Both the position numbers and the translations under genes were made by a program. Below, piece by piece: positions 35,401 through 49,100 of a stretch of DNA of 64,000 nucleotides. This stretch comes from a virus (Duplodnaviria > Caudoviricetes). The notes under the pieces were generated by a model. The model made no database searches. It was given only the letters and a program-made list of their open reading frames with translations, and had not been told where the DNA came from. The stretch spans positions 5,610 to 69,609 of IMG/VR virus record IMGVR_UViG_3300042431_000676; one strand, 5' to 3'. Position 1 is the stretch's first letter; each line of letters begins with the position of its first letter.

Positions 35401-37150
35401 ATTGACCAGCATAAAAAGAATCAAGGAAGGCAAGAGGACTGATTCTTTGTAATGAATTTTCTATACTTTCTTTTGCTACTGCTGATAATTGAGATTGGTC
35501 ATTTACATTTTCATCTGCCAATTTGGCTTGTATAATTAAACCTGCTTCATTTAGATACTTATCTAATAAGTTTCTTTGATTTTCCACAGCTTTTTCATAT
35601 TCTTCTTGTCCTATTTTTGCTATAATTTCTTGTTTATAATTATCAGCTTCTTGAGTTGTTCCTCTTTTAAAACTATCATAAATAGGGTCATCAAAAATAT
35701 CATGTAATAAAGTAAAGTTTAGAAATTCTACCTTATCATTCAAATCATTGAATTTATTTTTTAATAATCTTTCTACTTCTGCCCAATCTTTTTGACTTCT
35801 TGCTTGATACAAATCTTCTTGATATTTTTTTTGAAGATTATGTATAGTATTCTCATAAGTTTTTGAAAACTTACTAATTAGCTCTGGTTCAGCAATTTTA
35901 TCTTTTCTATATAACCAGTTGTAATCAAATACTGTTTTTTTTCTAAATGTAAAGAATTTACCTTGTCTTTTTAATTCTTCTTCAATAGCAGGAAGACCAT
36001 TATTAATACTTTCAATAATAGGTTGAATTTTATTATTTTGAGTTTGTTTTTCTCTCTTATATTCTAATGTAATCAATTGGTCAATAATATTATTTTCTGA
36101 TAATAAATTAGTACCTTGAGTAAAGAAATAAGATTCAACTTTGTTTATATCTTGTAATTTATTTAATAATTCCTCTTTAATTTCTTCCAAAGTTAAACCA
36201 GGATATAATTTAGATAAATTATCTTCATTCTTTTCTAATAATTGTAAGAATATATTATCTACTGTTTCATCAATATTGTTTTTAGTTTTCTCTAAATGTG
36301 TTTCTATATAATCAATTATATCTTGTACTTCTTTTTCAAACTCTTGTTTGCTATTTAATGCAAAAACATCAGTATCTTTTGCTTCCGATTTTTTAGTTTT
36401 TTCTAAATAATCAAACATAGTTTTTGCTAAAAATACATTATCTAATGTAGGATTTGCTAATAGTTCATTTATGGTCTGAATATCTTTCTCAAAGAAATCT
36501 CTGATTAATGAAACTTTATCAATGTTACTATTAAAATCTTTAATATCTTTTTCTAAAGAATCTTTGATTAAATTGAATTTAGCTAATTTTTTAGTTATTT
36601 CAACTGAATCATGTAATCTTTTATCATTATATAATCTGGTAATAGTCTTATCAACATTAATAAGTAATTTTCTTTTGTGTTCAAGAACATCATTATAATT
36701 AGGTTGTATAACAGTTTTTGATACAGGAGTATTTGTACTGTTACTTGGCATATCTTCAAAATCATCTTCTGTAAATGTTGGAGCTAAATCATTTAATTCA
36801 TCATCTAAATTTTGAATTTTTCTACCTTCATTTCTTAAATCTTTTTCAGCTTTTGTTCTTGCTTCATTATAATCATTTAAAACTTTTTCAAATTTTTGAA
36901 AATTTTCAGCATTGTATTTTATATGAAAATTTGTTATATGACCATTTTTTGCATCAGGTGTTTTCACATGATTCAAAGTCATCAATTCATCTGTAAAACC
37001 ATATTTTTCTTTAGCTAATTCATTATAGTCTTTAATTAATTGTTCAACCTCTGTGTAGTTCTTTTCATCTACCAGATAGCTTTTTTCCTTTGAAACAAGA
37101 CCTTTATCTACAAGGTCTTGTTTTACATTATTTAATGGATTACAACTCAT
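32402..37150 (-). CDS. Large virion-ejected (cargo) protein of the vRNAP locus
   Basis: 1582 aa, helical, with hydrophobic Gly/Ala-rich segment near the C-terminus; adjacent to vRNAP as in crAss-like phages. Confidence 0.7.
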   Translation of the reverse strand: MSCNPLNNVKQDLVDKGLVSKEKSYLVDEKNYTEVEQLIKDYNELAKEKYGFTDELMTLNHVKTPDAKNGHITNFHIKYNAENFQKFEKVLNDYNEARTKAEKDLRNEGRKIQNLDDELNDLAPTFTEDDFEDMPSNSTNTPVSKTVIQPNYNDVLEHKRKLLINVDKTITRLYNDKRLHDSVEITKKLAKFNLIKDSLEKDIKDFNSNIDKVSLIRDFFEKDIQTINELLANPTLDNVFLAKTMFDYLEKTKKSEAKDTDVFALNSKQEFEKEVQDIIDYIETHLEKTKNNIDETVDNIFLQLLEKNEDNLSKLYPGLTLEEIKEELLNKLQDINKVESYFFTQGTNLLSENNIIDQLITLEYKREKQTQNNKIQPIIESINNGLPAIEEELKRQGKFFTFRKKTVFDYNWLYRKDKIAEPELISKFSKTYENTIHNLQKKYQEDLYQARSQKDWAEVERLLKNKFNDLNDKVEFLNFTLLHDIFDDPIYDSFKRGTTQEADNYKQEIIAKIGQEEYEKAVENQRNLLDKYLNEAGLIIQAKLADENVNDQSQLSAVAKESIENSLQRISPLAFLDSFYAGQSGMVELNYGTQKDAKPSYIKFNGYIPKVQNNLGIDTGFFDENFKDIENNPIMYDFWKRMKQGVELINENLVDSDLKVKHNSILSFKEGITKQVLDKSFKTQLKEAFSKYTNLLGLFKSIISAKNYKHNESEYVQLAHQIKTIESEVSKDFALLKTDVSNILGKTLMDNTVIHWNSLSLEQQDKILAVTGMQNATEFLDNLDSTNGIFGAGDLKIFSKIKNMEQQSLNLPAVIKGLLELSADHKARAASKNETNIYRMKSADILTKDNGWHQKKDDVRENELKRQDFFYEKVILNKNQKDHPGGVNNISTILRTSLNKEHFNAPVVGKIFYKNFNKEEKGIYDSAIERIKQLENEISQTTSPKKVEQLNIEKAALHQRIELLGKDYMISALFDNIVNKLRVKVGLGYNLLAGVNNYKQGFITTLNRDGVFWQRGNIYPVQHFVDLGSIRHVNPTYKQKWETAKLFIEKLGIVETGTNELQKAEAEIKNRAGWMQPMFITEKVEYRNQAKGILAMAMDVEIEHATEKDANGNPAKYPLFNGSDFIPYVNNNGVLELKPEFDTPTNREHLITMTSKNISDWKLNVRAMNNSMNGDYTKEGVTRIKGSLFTRPLMTFKTWIPEYIGARWKYQQKNVLTGEIETGFMLSSLLNKKTSVAAGLMLATTGALGMVTASPILIAGFVASLGFGFGYTKYIAHKNRNTTLVNNTEPIAIVQQAMYWLKMINPVALAEMPINTIFGKELIKPVEFKSEHNLTDQEKKDLRAMGRNMQHLAILMLVKIAIQAFLKDNEDDEPKGEEGTEQRAKYEAQKLRRAEGNHTYNFLENMITGTFNESSFGTDPAALWKAGSEGGIEGQLKSIIKLGVALCSPTEEIQKGPRQGQNKLRNAAASMFVPALFRDLGHDTYRFGFENSMLTEWDKSEGLDGIFNSDFKDDKKELKEEKQLKIQELLEEYETENNVEYDELPEVEQDVIDKEIKEELGDEFKIDRDNYDEEQNKSVDEE

Positions 37151-37156
37151 AATCTT

Positions 37157-40100
37157 TTATTTACAATTAAATGGGTCTTCTTTTTTATTTTGGTCAAAGA
37201 TAGGGAAATTATTTTCAATCATATCATTTTCAGCAAAACCATTATCTCCTATAGTAAACTGAACTTGATTTTTATCAGATAATGGAGCATACTGAATACT
37301 TTGTGCTTGAGTTTTTTCCATTTCCATAAATACATCATTAGGTATATTTTCTACACTTTCAATTTCTCTAAAATTATTTTCCATTCTAATAAATTGCATT
37401 GAAGCCATAATAGATTCTTTAGCTACACTATTATTAATCAATCCTGGATAAACACTATTTAATAAATTTAAAATAGCATCAGATAATTTTGCCCATAAAG
37501 ATTTATCAGTAGCTTTATATTGTATTTTATTCATCTCTTCTTGAAACATTGGAGATGTTAAAGCAACTGTAATAAATTCTTTAATGTTAGTACCAGCATA
37601 GATTAAACCTAATTCTCTTTCAGTATATTCAGTATTAGAAGGTAATGTTTGACCAGTTTTTTTAGCATTATCTATAAGAGCTTTTTTCTCTATTAATGCT
37701 GTTATTTCTGGTTGTAACAATTTTTTAAATTCATTAAATACTATTACAAGATTAGTAACATGTTTAGGAGCATCAGCTTTTACATTTCCTGCTTCATCAA
37801 AATAATTACTTAATTCTTTAACTGTAACAGTATGAATAACTTCATGTAATAAAGTCATAGCTGCTTTATCATCTGATACATTTAATGTATGAGTAGGATT
37901 TAAAGTAACATCTTTACTATTTTTTGTTGTTCTTCCTGCTGCATCTAAATTATAATCTAATACTAATTTATCATTTCCAATTATAGGTAATAACCATTTA
38001 GCAGCTTCTGTTATATGAGAATATTCTGCTGATAATTCAGTATTTGCCACCTGATTCAATAAATCTTTTACAGAAGTATTTTCATCAACTTTAAATGTTT
38101 TTTTGCTTACATTAGCTATATTATCATCTGTTGCAATATTAGGTGTTACATTTTTTTTCAAATTCTTGATAGAAGAAACATTATCATTACCAAATTCATA
38201 TTCACTAACTCCCATATTACCCAATGTATCAATTTTTTGATATAAACCATTACCTATATGTTCAAATAAAGAAACTGATACAGGCATATTTCTTTTATTA
38301 TCTTTTACAGATAATAAAGCTGGATATTTTTTATCTTCTACATTGTACTCAAAACTATTTTGTTTTTTATTTTTAACATTCTTGAAATTAGCTTTTGGAG
38401 CTTTACTTGGGTTATGTTGGAAATATTGTTTAGTAAATGTACTCATACTATCTTCTTTGATACCTAACACTTTACCAAATAGATTAATAGAACTGTTATG
38501 TTTAGTATTAAACATTTGCAATTTTTGATTTGCTGCCATAAACACATCTCCTTGATATTGACCCATACTTTCAAGCATTTCAATAGGAACAAATTTTGCA
38601 AATTCAGTTGCTTTTTGAATACCTCCTTGTAAGAAAGAATAAGCTACTAAATCTTCTGCCAAATCTGCTGTAGAATAAGGTTGTCCATTTCTGAAAGGTA
38701 ATTGTTTATTAGCCATAACCAATTCAGGAATAGCATTATACAAATTCTCTTCATCTAAATTATCAGTAGCTGTATTATTATATTTGATTAATGATAATTC
38801 ATCTTCTCCTAATCCTGTTTCATATTGAAAACTTTTTAATAAAGCATTTTGAGACATTTCTTTTATTCCTTTCTTAAATTGTTTATCATCATTTTTAGAT
38901 AAATCTTTTAAGTAAGTAGATAAAGAAGTATTATTTTCATCATCAATAAACAATTCATATCTTTTAGCTTTTGGGTCAATGTTAAATACATTATTTCCTT
39001 TTCTTGAATAAATTAATTTCTTAATGTTTTCAACAATTTCTTCAAAATTTTCAATTATAGCATTATCAGAAATATTTTCTTCTTTACCTTGAATTTTCAA
39101 TATCTCTTTCACAACATCATTTATTGACTTATCTTGATATGGAAAGAAATCTCTATATAAAGTATTACCTAAATGTAAACCATTGATTACAATTTGTCCT
39201 TGTGGTGTTCTTGGTGTAACATAATAGTTTCCAATCATATAACCACCACTTTGATTTTCAGATGTATCAGAATAATCTCCAATTAATAAATGAGCATTTG
39301 TAATAACTCCATTATCAGGAAGTTTTTTCAAACCTTCATATTTTAATTGTGATTCAATCATAGATTTACCAAGAGTATTAGTATTAATAACTTTTTGAAC
39401 TTTAGCAACTTTTTTAGCTTCTTCTTCTAATGTTAAATATACATCTAAAGCAAGTAATTGCATTGCTCTATCTTTACCATTGTTTTCTATTCCTTCTAAC
39501 ATTTTTGTACCTGTTAAAGCACTTGTATCAGAAGTTTTCCCTAATGCTCCTTGATTTTTATCTGTTCCTTCACTAACCATTCCAGTACCTAATTCAAAAA
39601 CAAATTCTGAATTTGCACCATAAGATTCAATTAAATCATTGATTAATTTTTTATCATTTATAAATTCTCCTAATACTCCTTTACTTTCTTTTCTTCTTTG
39701 ATTTAATTCTTTAATAATTGGTTGAGATAATAATAAATAAGAAATAGAATTACCATTTTCATCTTTACCAAATCCTCTCAATGCTGTATTAGCATCTACA
39801 TTGATAGTAAATTCATCTACACCAACTCTACCAAGAACTTGCTCTTTTTCATTATCAGTACCAGTATTAATTTTTTCATCAAATGCTTCTGAAATATTTC
39901 TTTGGTGTTTTTCTCTCCATTCTTTTAATTTAGATTCAGACAAACCTGTTGGTTCTATATGTTGTATAGCACCAAGTTTCCCATCACTAATAAAATGACC
40001 AATTTGAATAGTTTTTGGATTACCTAAATCATCTTGAATATAAATATCTTCTCCTTGATGTTGTTGAAGTAAAGCATTAAATGTACTATAATTAGCATAT

Positions 40101-43100
40101 ACTCCAATAGCAACTTTACCAATAGCTCCTAAATTCATTTTACTTTTTTGGTAAGAATTTGTAAGCATTGTAAAATTCAATTGGTCAGCTTCATACATCT
40201 CATTAGCTTTTAAATCAGATAATGTAGCATCTTTAGCCATATATTCAGCAATCATCTTGTTTCTGTAACCAGCTTCATTTAATTTTTCTAACTGTTCAGC
40301 TTGACTTTTTGCAAAATCAATAGATAAAACACTATTGATTTTGTTTTGAATATCTAAATTAGGATTATTGAATATAGCCAAATGAGATTTAATAAATTCA
40401 TTTTCAGCTAATTTTCTTTTTAATTGTAATTCTAATCTATTTATTTTTTCAACAATATCAACTTGAGGTAATAATAAAGTTTCTAAAGATTCTTCATCTA
40501 ATAAACTTCCTTTACCTGCTATGAAACTTCTAAATAATTCATTAGCAAAATTACTTTTTGCAGAAGCACTTGTATTTTCAAGATTAAATTCTTCTATTTT
40601 ATTAGTTAAACTTCTTGTAATATCTTCTATATCAGAGTTTTCTAATACTTTAATTTTACCATCATTAGTCATAATATGATTTAATTGATAAGCAGATTCT
40701 TTATCAATATCATAATCAAGACCTTTTTGTTTAGTAAAGTTTTTAGGTACTATCATTAAATCCCCTACTTCTGGAGGTAATATACCAGCAATTTCAATAG
40801 ATGAACCTGATTTATGAGATGAAGTAGGAGTTCTAAAACTGAAGTTATTGAATAAAGCAGGGTCTATCATACCTTCTTTCAAAGTTAATGTACCATTTTC
40901 TCTTCTTGTTAAATACTTTCCTTCTTTACCATTAAATCCTTCAAATAAATCAATAAGTTCTTTTTTATCATTTTTAAATTTAGAAGGAATAAATACTTGA
41001 GCTTTATGAAATACTATTCCATTTTCATCTGTTGAAGTATGAGTTCCTTGTAATTCTTTACCATTATATGAATCTAAATAAATTATTCTTGATTTATCTA
41101 CACCTTCAAGATTTTCTTTCATTCTAAAACCACTTTCAGAACCAGCAACAAAACCATTACCAGGCATTTTATGCTTCATAATTTTGTTAGTGATAATTGA
41201 ATTTAATAGTGATTCATATCTATTACTATCAGAAGATAACCATAAAGGAGTTTTAAATTCATAATAGAATCCAGCAGCAGCAGCTAATTTTTCAATCTTT
41301 AATCCTGCTAATGATTTTACACTATAACCTCTTGAAGTAGCTTCTTTTATTAATAAATCTTGTAAGTTTTTTACAAAGTTTTGTTCATTTTTAATTTGAC
41401 CATTTGTATCTAAACCTAAATCTAAAAATAATTCTTGTTTTTTACTATCTACAATATCACTAAATGCTTTATTAAAATGTTGATATAATTCTTTACCAGT
41501 AAGTTCTTTACCATCAATAGTAAATCCTTCTTTATCAATTACACCATCACCAAATAATAATTTAAAAAACTGTGTACCCATAGAAACTTTATCATCTTGA
41601 TGTTTATCAGATTTAAAAGGTACATCTTGTTGTATTCTAAAATTATCTCTGTTCAATACTAACATATTAGTATTTATATCATCAGCATTATAATTTTTTA
41701 TAGTTGATAATGAATTTGTATCAAATGGCTTTACTGTTTTTATTGTAGCACCTACTTTGTTAGCTGTTTGAAAAGAAGCTCTTGTGAATCTACCTGTATT
41801 AGTTTCCAACTCTTCCATTTTTAATCTTAAAGCATCTAATTTTGTACCAGCAGTTAATTGTGGTATCAAAGGAAATGCAGAAGATTTAATATAAACTACT
41901 CTATTAACATCTTGATTTATATTAGTATATGTTCCTGTGTGAACAGGTTTAATTGGTTGAAATACTAATTTTAATTCTTCTTTAGTTAAATAACCTTTTT
42001 CTCCTTCTGTTAATAATTTATTAGTTATTACTTTAAATTCTTCATCAGAAATTCTACCTATTCTATGTAAAATAGATATATGCTCTGTTGCTGTTGAATA
42101 CTCTTGAGCATCAGTAGATTCAATATCAAAGTAAGCATCTATAGCTGGAAATTTATTAGCTAAAGATTTTCTAATATCAGATAATGTTTTATTGATAGCA
42201 TTATATCTAACAGAATTTAAACTTAAAATACCTTGTTCATGTTTATTTAATATTTCAGCAGCTTTTTTATATTTATCTAATAAAGGTTGAGCTTCATCTA
42301 ATCCTTTTTTACCATAGTAATTTTTAATTAAGTATTCTGAATTTTCACTAATATCTATAGAATCTTCAAGAAATATTTGATTATATTTTTCTCCATAAGA
42401 ATTAGCAATTTTACTACCAGGAGCAATAAGTAGTGCTAACCTTTTACCAAGATTTACACCAATTTCTTTATTAATAGAAACATAAGTTTTATCATCTTTT
42501 ATATCAAAAGGATTAACTGATTTACCTTCTTCTTTGTATAATTTATCTTTACTATAATTAGCAATATCTCCAGCAAATACTTTGAATACTTCTGAATTAG
42601 TAATCATATTATTTAATACAAAATCATAAACAGCTAAATCATAATCAGTTGAAGGATTTTTACCTTCTTCTTTAAAATAATTATTATCAAACATTTTAGA
42701 GTATGAATTTCCTTCTTTATTTACTTCTAAATAATTACTCCACATACCTTTTTTATGTTCTACTTCTTTTTTTATTACACCTTCAATAGCATCTTCAAAA
42801 GTAGATTGATATTTTTCAATAGCTTCATCTATTGTAATACCTGTTAATGCTAACTTATTTACAATATTTAAACCATCTTCATCTTTTAAAGTATTCATTA
42901 TAGGTAAGAAATGAAAAAGAGTTGCTCCTTTATCATAATCTTTAATATTTGTTGCTTTAACTTCTGTATGAAATTTAATTATTCTTTTTAGTTCTGGTAA
43001 CACCAATTGATTAAACAATAGAGTTTTAACAGTTGGTCCAATACCTTGTACTACACCTTCTTCTGTCAAATTAAACATACCATCTATTTTACCATCTTTT

Positions 43101-46100
43101 AAGAAATCAAAAATAGCAGTTGTCATATACATACCAGTAGTTTTATCTGACATAGTAGGAAATAACATATTAGCCATTCTCATTGATATACCTTCAAATT
43201 TAGTTCCTTTTGGTAATTTATCAATCTTTCTATCTTGAAAACCAGTAATACCAGCCATATCATAATCAATATCACTTAAATCAGTAATACTTGCTCTGTA
43301 TGGTTGTTCTCCTTTTTCTTTAAATGCTGTAATAGAAGTATGTGAAATTTCAAACATACTTTTAAAAGTAGGTTCATTTTTCAACATATCTAAAATTATA
43401 GAATTTTCAGATAGTGATAATGATAGTAAATCATCAACTAAATTGTTTCCATCTTCTGATATACTTCTTTTAAGATTCTGAACCATATCAGTTACATATT
43501 TAGTAGGAACTAAAGTGGATATGTTTTTACCAGAATCTCTAAAAGAAAGAGTTATTAGAGTTGGGTTATATTTTGCTTCTATTAAACTTAATGCTTTTGT
43601 AACACCAGCTAAATCATTAAATACACTTTCTTTACTATCAAAACTAAAATCAGCAGGATTAACTATTGCTTTTTCTAACCAATTTTTTAATGGAATAAAT
43701 AAACCACCAGCATTTTGACTATATAATACATTGAAAGAATTTTGTTTTCCAGCATTAAAAATACCTTCATTATAAATTTGATTCCAAGAGGTATCTTCAA
43801 AAGTATAACCTATTTTAGATAACCATTTCCTCAAATCATTTTCAGGAACTTTTCTATAATCTTGTCTATCCCATTTATTAAATTCATCTAATAATGATTG
43901 AGCATATTGTACATTTAAAGATTGGTTTTTGTTATATAAACCTGATGATTTATTTTCATTCTTCCAATTTTTAGCTATAATTCTTGTAGCTTCATTTGCA
44001 TTAGTATTATAGATTTTTAATGATACACCATTGTTTTTAGTGTTTTCATACATGGCAAATTTAGAAGACAAAGTATGTCTGACAAAATTATAAACTAATT
44101 CGTTTTTAATTTGTTGGTCAGCATTTTCTAATTTAGCTAAAACACTTTTTACAAAAGCATTATTACTTTGTTTCATTTTAGCTATGATAGTATTGTAATC
44201 AGATTTAACTTCTGAACCAAGAGCTAAAACTTTACTTAATTCATTATATACATCATTAAATGACATATATAAAGGAATACCTAAATAACCTTTTTGTGCT
44301 ACACCTTTGCTATCAAATACAGGAATTTCAGATAAAAATCTTCTTAATCTATAAGATGCTTTAGCTTTACCTGATTCTTCAATAGAATCTTTACTATAAT
44401 CTTTAACACTTAATTCTACATCATCTTGTTCAATATCACTTTCTTCTTTTTCATTTAAAGTAAGTTGAGTTTGTTTTTGAATATCAGCAAATGCTTTGTT
44501 ATATATTGTTTCATAATTATTTTTAATATCTTTAATATTTTTTAAAGTTTGATTATATGCTTCAATATAATGATTTAAAGCACCATTAGTGTTATCTTGA
44601 TTTTTAATTTCAGATAACATTGATAATACTTGTTTTTCTATCTTATTAAGATGTAAATTCAATTCTGATTTAATATCATTTTGAATAGCTTCTTTTGATA
44701 TTTTATTTTTATAACCAAAACTTACTTTATTACCAATTTTATGATATATAAACTGTCTTACATTTTTTTCTTGAGTTATAGATAAATCTCCACTAACATT
44801 GAAAATGTTAGCTAACTTATCTGTATTAGCAATCATATCATTACTTTCATCAAAATCATTAGGGTCAATACCCAAATCATTTAAAAATTCAGTATGTTTT
44901 TCTAAATTGAATGGTACAGATGTTTTAAGTTGCTCTACTACAGTAGCAGCAGCTTCTTGTCTTGCTTCAATATTTTTAGTTGCTGGTTTCTCCACTTCCT
45001 TGTAATCTACTGTGATAATTGGTTGTATCATAGTAACATAAGTAGGATTTTTTCCAGTATCATCAATATTAAAAGATTTGATATTAGTAAGTAAATTATT
45101 TTTTAAATAATTGTCATAAGTTTGATTTAAAGGAGTAACTCCTTCTCTTGTAATATGAACTATACTTTTTACATTTCTGTTATTCAAAAGTTTGTTATTT
45201 GTATGCTGTGAAACATTATTCATAACATTTTCATCAAACAAACCTTTTTTGTATTGACCTAAATTATCTCCAGCAATATTGTCTTGAAAATAAGTTTTTA
45301 TAAATTGAACTATTTCATTTCCATTTTCAATATCAAGACCCATTTGAGTATGCACATCTTTTTGAATAGATTTAGCTTTCTCATAAGTCATTTCATATAT
45401 AGTACCTTTCAAGTGTCTTGTCCAACTTGCATCTTTTTTAAGAGCTAAATGAGCAGCCATAGCAAATCTTGCTGTTTCTATTTGTTCATTAGAAACAACT
45501 CTTCCTACAGGATAAGCTCTATATGTTGGTACTATTTCTCCTTTATCATTTAATGTTGTACCTATTCTTCTTACTTCCCAAGTATGACCTACACTATTAA
45601 AATCAAATTTTCCTTCATTACCAGATTTATCTTTATTTAAGAGTTTTCCAGCATTAAAAATTTGATTACCCATATATAAGTCCTCTCCAATTTGTACTGT
45701 TACAATTGTTTGAGGATTAGCTTCATTTAGTGTAATTTTTGGTTCTGTCATAGGTATTTCATAAAATATACCATCAGAAGGTTTATTTATTGTAACTTCT
45801 GTTAAACCATTAGCTATACTATTTCTTAAATTTTGAGCATTTAATTTACCTTCATTAATATGATTTATCCATTCTTGAGTAGGTAAGTTAGGATTACTTG
45901 AATCTCCAAAAGGATTACCTATATTGAATGTATTATACCAATCAGTATCTTGAACATAAGCTAATTCTTTACCTGCACTATTAGTATAGAACACAGGAAC
46001 TTTATTCATAAATTCTTGTGTGTTTCTGAAATTAGGATTTTGTTTTTCTTTTTCAGATAACCATTTATCAAAAGTAGTTGTTTGAGCTGCTCCTTGTGCA

Positions 46101-49100
46101 TTTCTACCATCAGAAACAGTAATTTGAGACCATAAAGATTCAGGAGCAATTTTTACTCCTAATTTACTTCCAGAAGGATGCATATCAGGATGTAATAATT
46201 CTCTAAAATCAATTAAATCTCCAAACTTATGATTTAATTCATTACCTATTGTTTTTCTAACTAATATACCATTTTCAATTACTTCAACATAAGCAATAGA
46301 AGAGAATCCTAATTTAGGAGTAATTGTCAAAGTTCTTTTAGATTCAATTTCATTTACTGCTGTTTTTTGAATAGGAATATTTTCTTCATCATAACCAACA
46401 GTAGTAACCTCTCTTTGAGCAACTTCTTTTTTTATTTCTTCTACTTTTTCTTCTAATTCTACAAATGTATTAGCTTCTTCAATAGGAACTTGTTGTTCAA
46501 ACATTTGAGCCATCAATGAAGCATTAGTACCCAATGAAGCTAAAGGATTAAATAAATCCATATAAACTTGATTATAGTCATCTGCTTCAAAATTGTTTTG
46601 TTTCCAACCTTCTACATAACCATCAAATAATTTCTTTAATTGTTCTTTGTTATTTACAATTTCATCTAAATGAGACATATATTCTCTAAAGCTAATATTT
46701 CTATTCAATAGATTTTTAACTTTATTAACATCTTCTAATACAATTTTTTTAGCAACACTACTCTGTTGAGGTGTAAAAGATGATGTATTTCCAATCATAT
46801 CATTGAAATCATCTGCGATAAATACAGGGTCATTGTTTATAGTTGTGGAATTATCATCTAATGAAAAAACAGTTTCCATAGTTTGTAAATTACCAGCAAC
46901 AGAAGAAGTATGTTCTTCTTTAGCATCTTCATCTACAATTGTAATATATGGCTCATTTTCAGGAACAACTTCTCCAGCATCTATTTTCTCTTGTCTTTGA
47001 GCTAACAAGTCTTTTATAGATTTAGCTATTTTTTCTTTATGAACTTGTTCTTGCTTTACTTTAAGTTCTTGTAATTTTTGTTCTTTTAAATCATTAATAA
47101 AATCTTTATTTTCTCCAGTAATATCTTTTTGTTTAAGTTTTTCAACTATACTTTCAATTAAAACAGGAGTTTCTTGTAATTCATTTTGATAATTAAATTC
47201 TGCATTTTCAGAACCTTCTTGTTTTATTTGTTCTACAATAGAATTATAATCTTGTAAAATAGCTTTTTTCTCCTCCATTTTCTTTTGATATAGAGGATGA
47301 ACTTGGTCATTATAATTTTTTAATAATATACTTTGATTACTATTCAAAGTATCTTTTAACATTGTAGCATTCTTATGATTTTCTACAGCTAATAGATTTT
47401 CTTTTTCTAATTTGTCTAAAAAAGAATTATATTTTTGTTGGTCTTCTTCATTTTCAAATTGTCTATCTAATAAAGTATCAATAGAATAATCTATTTTGAT
47501 ACCTTCTCTTGTTATAAAAGCATCTATCTCTTCTTTAGCATTTTGTTTATTTTCAACAATATGTTTATCTAATTCTTCAATAGTTTGTTTATTTGCTAAT
47601 TTTTTTTCAGCTAAATTGAATATTGTTCCAAAATTTTGTTTCTCTGAATGTGCATCATAAACTTGTTTTAGTTCATCTATTCTCTTTTTAGCAAGTTGTA
47701 TATTTAATTTAGTTTCAGCAGATATTTCAGTATCAGGTTTTAATAACACTTTATCCAATGTTTCTTGGAAATTAGTTATTGTTCCTGTTCTTATAGCATG
47801 AGCAGCTAATCTTTCAAATTTTGTTTTTTCTAATTTATTAGCTTGTTCAATTTTACCATTATCTCTTAATTTAGTTATCATAGCATCATATTCCAATGGA
47901 CTATATAAACTACCAGAGGTATTCATATTAATATGAGTAGCTAAATCTTCATCTGTTGTAGAAGCATCAATATCTCTATAAATTTTACTAATTGCTTTTT
48001 TATCTAATCTGAAATTGTTGGCTCTCATTCCCATACCAACACTACCCATAGCTCCATTCATTATAAGAGTTTGAGCTATAACATCTTCATAAAATTCTGA
48101 ATCACTTAATTGTTCTAATTGTTTACCATAATCTTGACCATAAGTAGGTACTAAAGCAGTAAATACTTCTTCTAATACTTCTCCAGGTAATGAATCTAAC
48201 ATATTCATTTGTCCTGTATGAGCAATAGCTTGAGTAGATATTTTACCTAATGCTAAATTATTCATAGCATTTCTACCCTTTACAAATTTATCATTTATTA
48301 CTGATAAACCTTTTCCTATCTTACTTTCAGATAATTTAGTTAAACCTCTACCTAACATAGTAGATTCAGATTTAGCTAATTTACCTAATGGTCCAAGTGC
48401 TTCTCCAACAAATCTTTCAGCAAATGCTTCTTTTAAATATTCTGAATAACCAAACAAAGCTGATTCAAATTTACTATGTGGTTGTATTAAAGATAATTCA
48501 TCAGCTAAAGAATCTTTCATTCCTTGCAATTCTTCTATTTTAGCTAAATTTTCTTCTGTTTTATTTTTAGATAATTTGTTTATTTGACTATCTATTTGAA
48601 CATTCTTTAAACTAAAGTCTTTTTTATATTTGTTATAGATTGCTTGACTTGTTAGATAAATTTCTTTACCATTTTCATCATGTGATATTTCTACATTACC
48701 AATTTGGTCTTTTGCATAACCACCATAAGTCATAGGATTAACAAGTCCTTGTACAGCTAAACTTGCTGTTCCTCCTGCTAATTCTCCACCTATCATTTTT
48801 AAAGCAAGTTTCTTACCACCTTGTTGTAAAGCAGTATTAAGAGTTAATCCTATAGCATCTCTTGCAACAAATTTACCCACAGCAGTTTCTATAGGACCTC
48901 CTATTGGTGCAGTAGCTATCATTTGCTCCATCATAACAGCAGATGTAGCAACACCTTTACCTGTTCTGTATAATCTATTATCATGCATTAAATCTCTTGC
49001 TTCAATATTTTGTTTTTTAGCAATAGATTCTATAACAGCTTGTTCACTATCAGTAAGTGTTTCAGAAGGAACATAACCTTTTTTTACATTACCATTTTTA